Part shown: one piece after another, positions 27,612 to 28,899 of the stretch
Position numbering within the stretch: the stretch's first letter is position 1
How the letters are laid out: every line of letters begins with the position of its first letter
Assembly: GCA_023700785.1 (NCBI GenBank)
Contig: JAMPYH010000001.1
Location: 1-28,899 of the forward strand
From: Candidatus Zixiibacteriota bacterium
Lineage (GTDB): Bacteria; Zixibacteria; MSB-5A5; GN15; FEB-12
Length of the DNA: 28,899 bases
Direction of reading: 5' to 3'
Notes under the pieces: model-generated
Told to the model about the DNA's origin: nothing
Databases searched by the model: none
What the model saw: the letters and a program-made list of their open reading frames with translations, nothing else
Made by a program: the position numbers and the translations under genes

Positions 27612-28899
27612 TTACGACCGTTTGGCCGCTACCGCCCGAATGATATCGGTGAGCTGTTCTATCCGGAAGGGCTTGAGCAATACCTCGGTAATACCGGCAG
27701 TCCCAACTTCAGTTTGATCAAGTCCGGCTTCCCAGCCGGTGACCAGAATGATCGGGATCTCCGGCTGAAGTTTGCGTATTTGGCGGGCGACCTCCAGCCC
27801 GGTAAGGTCCGGCATGGCCAGATCGGTCAGCACGATATCAAAGCGACTTGCGGCCGCCAACCGGACTCCTTCGGTCCCGGAGGAGGCAGTCTGCACCTGG
27901 TAGCCAAGCGACTGGCACATCGCCGATATCAGGTCGAGAATCACGGCCTGATCATCTATGGCCAGAACCGCGAACTGGCGGGCATGAGAAGCGGCCTGCG
28001 AGGCTGTATGAGACGCTTTCAGGGGGAACTTGAAGCTCAGGTAGGCCGGAGTCGGGCCGGTTTGGTCAGCCGCGAAATAGCATATCCCCTGAGTTACCGG
28101 CTTGAGGAATACTTCCGAGGGTCGATGCTGGAGCGCCTGGTCAGCCAGCTGATACTCGCCAAACTCGGCGACCGGCTCAACCGGCGGGAAGTTCTTGCGA
28201 TGGCGCGAGATGTCGAGATAGACAAAACCGGCCTGGATGTAGGTCGCTATCGAAATGACATCCTCTTCCGAGGCGATAGCGGCGAATCTATTAAGTACAG
28301 CTTCAAATAACTGCCGTATTTCATTGTCGTTAAATGATATATCCGAGATATCGTTAAGTCGCAGATCAACTTCGCGCGGACGCCCGCCAGCCATATAGAG
28401 GTTGCCAGAAATCCGGGCCTCGTGGAGAACAGCCGATACCGCCTGATTGATGGTCTCTCCCTTATGCTCTGTTGAGACTATGGAGGTGGAGTTGACCACC
28501 AGGGACCGGTTAAGTAATGCCGCGGCGTTCTCTGCTTCGGAGGCTATCGCTTTGAGCTGATTCCTCAGCTCGCCTGAAACCTCTTCCCTCCCTGCAGCAA
28601 GGTCGGCGTTGCCGATCACCGCTGAGAGATGGTTGTTCAGTTGATTGATGAGCGGGGCGATCCGATCCGAATTGTCGGTGGAAAGCTCGATCGGCTGAGG
28701 AGCACCGGCTATGCTCGCCATATTACGGCGCAGGCTGTAGAGGGAGACCGCGAGGGTCAACATCCGCTCCCATTCCACTCGTTCCGTCTCCGGTATCTCG
28801 TACAGGAAAAACAGCGCGACCTCGGAGATACCGCTCGAATCTGCCAGCGGACAAGCGGCAAGCATTTGCGGGAGTCTCCGCTCCCCAAAGCAGCGGTGG
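27612..28899 (-). CDS. Degenerate hybrid histidine kinase-like protein with an intact C-terminal receiver domain (5' end beyond the window)
   Basis: The frame stays open to the window edge upstream of the ATG at 28865. REC domain: AIDD, LTDLAMP, LVTG, LKP. H-box-like 'INQLNNHLSAVIGNADL' lacks the His, and no N/G1/G2 boxes are recognisable. Confidence 0.75.
   Translation of the reverse strand, partial: HRCFGERRLPQMLAACPLADSSGISEVALFFLYEIPETERVEWERMLTLAVSLYSLRRNMASIAGAPQPIELSTDNSDRIAPLINQLNNHLSAVIGNADLAAGREEVSGELRNQLKAIASEAENAAALLNRSLVVNSTSIVSTEHKGETINQAVSAVLHEARISGNLYMAGGRPREVDLRLNDISDISFNDNEIRQLFEAVLNRFAAIASEEDVISIATYIQAGFVYLDISRHRKNFPPVEPVAEFGEYQLADQALQHRPSEVFLKPVTQGICYFAADQTGPTPAYLSFKFPLKASHTASQAASHARQFAVLAIDDQAVILDLISAMCQSLGYQVQTASSGTEGVRLAAASRFDIVLTDLAMPDLTGLEVARQIRKLQPEIPIILVTGWEAGLDQTEVGTAGITEVLLKPFRIEQLTDIIRAVAAKRS

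Noticed and set aside
1-28899. CRISPR arrays, tRNA/rRNA genes (including tRNA-Sec), IS or prophage genes, selA/B/D
   Set aside because: No regularly spaced repeats, no recognisable structural RNA, no transposase or integrase motifs; intergenic gaps are short and accounted for. The Sec machinery must be sought elsewhere in the genome.

Overview
A GC-rich chromosomal window from a diderm, probably anaerobic bacterium. The gene content (DUF1573 and GWxTD proteins, TolC, PFOR) would fit a lineage such as candidate phylum Zixibacteria, but that is inference only. Left to right it holds: a partial M20 dipeptidase, a ferritin-like protein and an ABC exporter pair (minus strand); three tandem secreted DUF1573-like paralogs (plus); two GWxTD proteins and a Yip1/TolC/MFP/ABC/2x MacB-type permease operon (minus); trxB and a corrinoid adenosyltransferase (minus); Rrf2 regulator, dcd, nifJ-type PFOR, an outer-membrane barrel and a TolB-like propeller (plus); pepA, aroC, an HDOD-DHp protein and a degenerate hybrid kinase (minus). 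The main finding is that the middle DUF1573 paralog, which the ORF track splits in two, is one reading frame (3784-4533) interrupted by a single in-frame TGA (3979-3981). That TGA sits exactly where both neighbouring paralogs have the first Cys of their CxC motif (TG-C-D-C-T, PG-*-G-C-T, PG-C-G-C-T). It is followed by a bacterial SECIS-like hairpin that the Cys paralogs lack, making this a strong candidate secreted selenoprotein with a UxC motif. Secondary findings: a SigW-like ECF promoter before the yknWXYZ-like operon, two Rex/CRP-like boxes before rrf2 and dcd-nifJ, and a pair of incomplete or degenerate kinase-like proteins. I saw no rRNA, tRNA, CRISPR array, mobile element or Sec machinery gene (selA/B/C/D).
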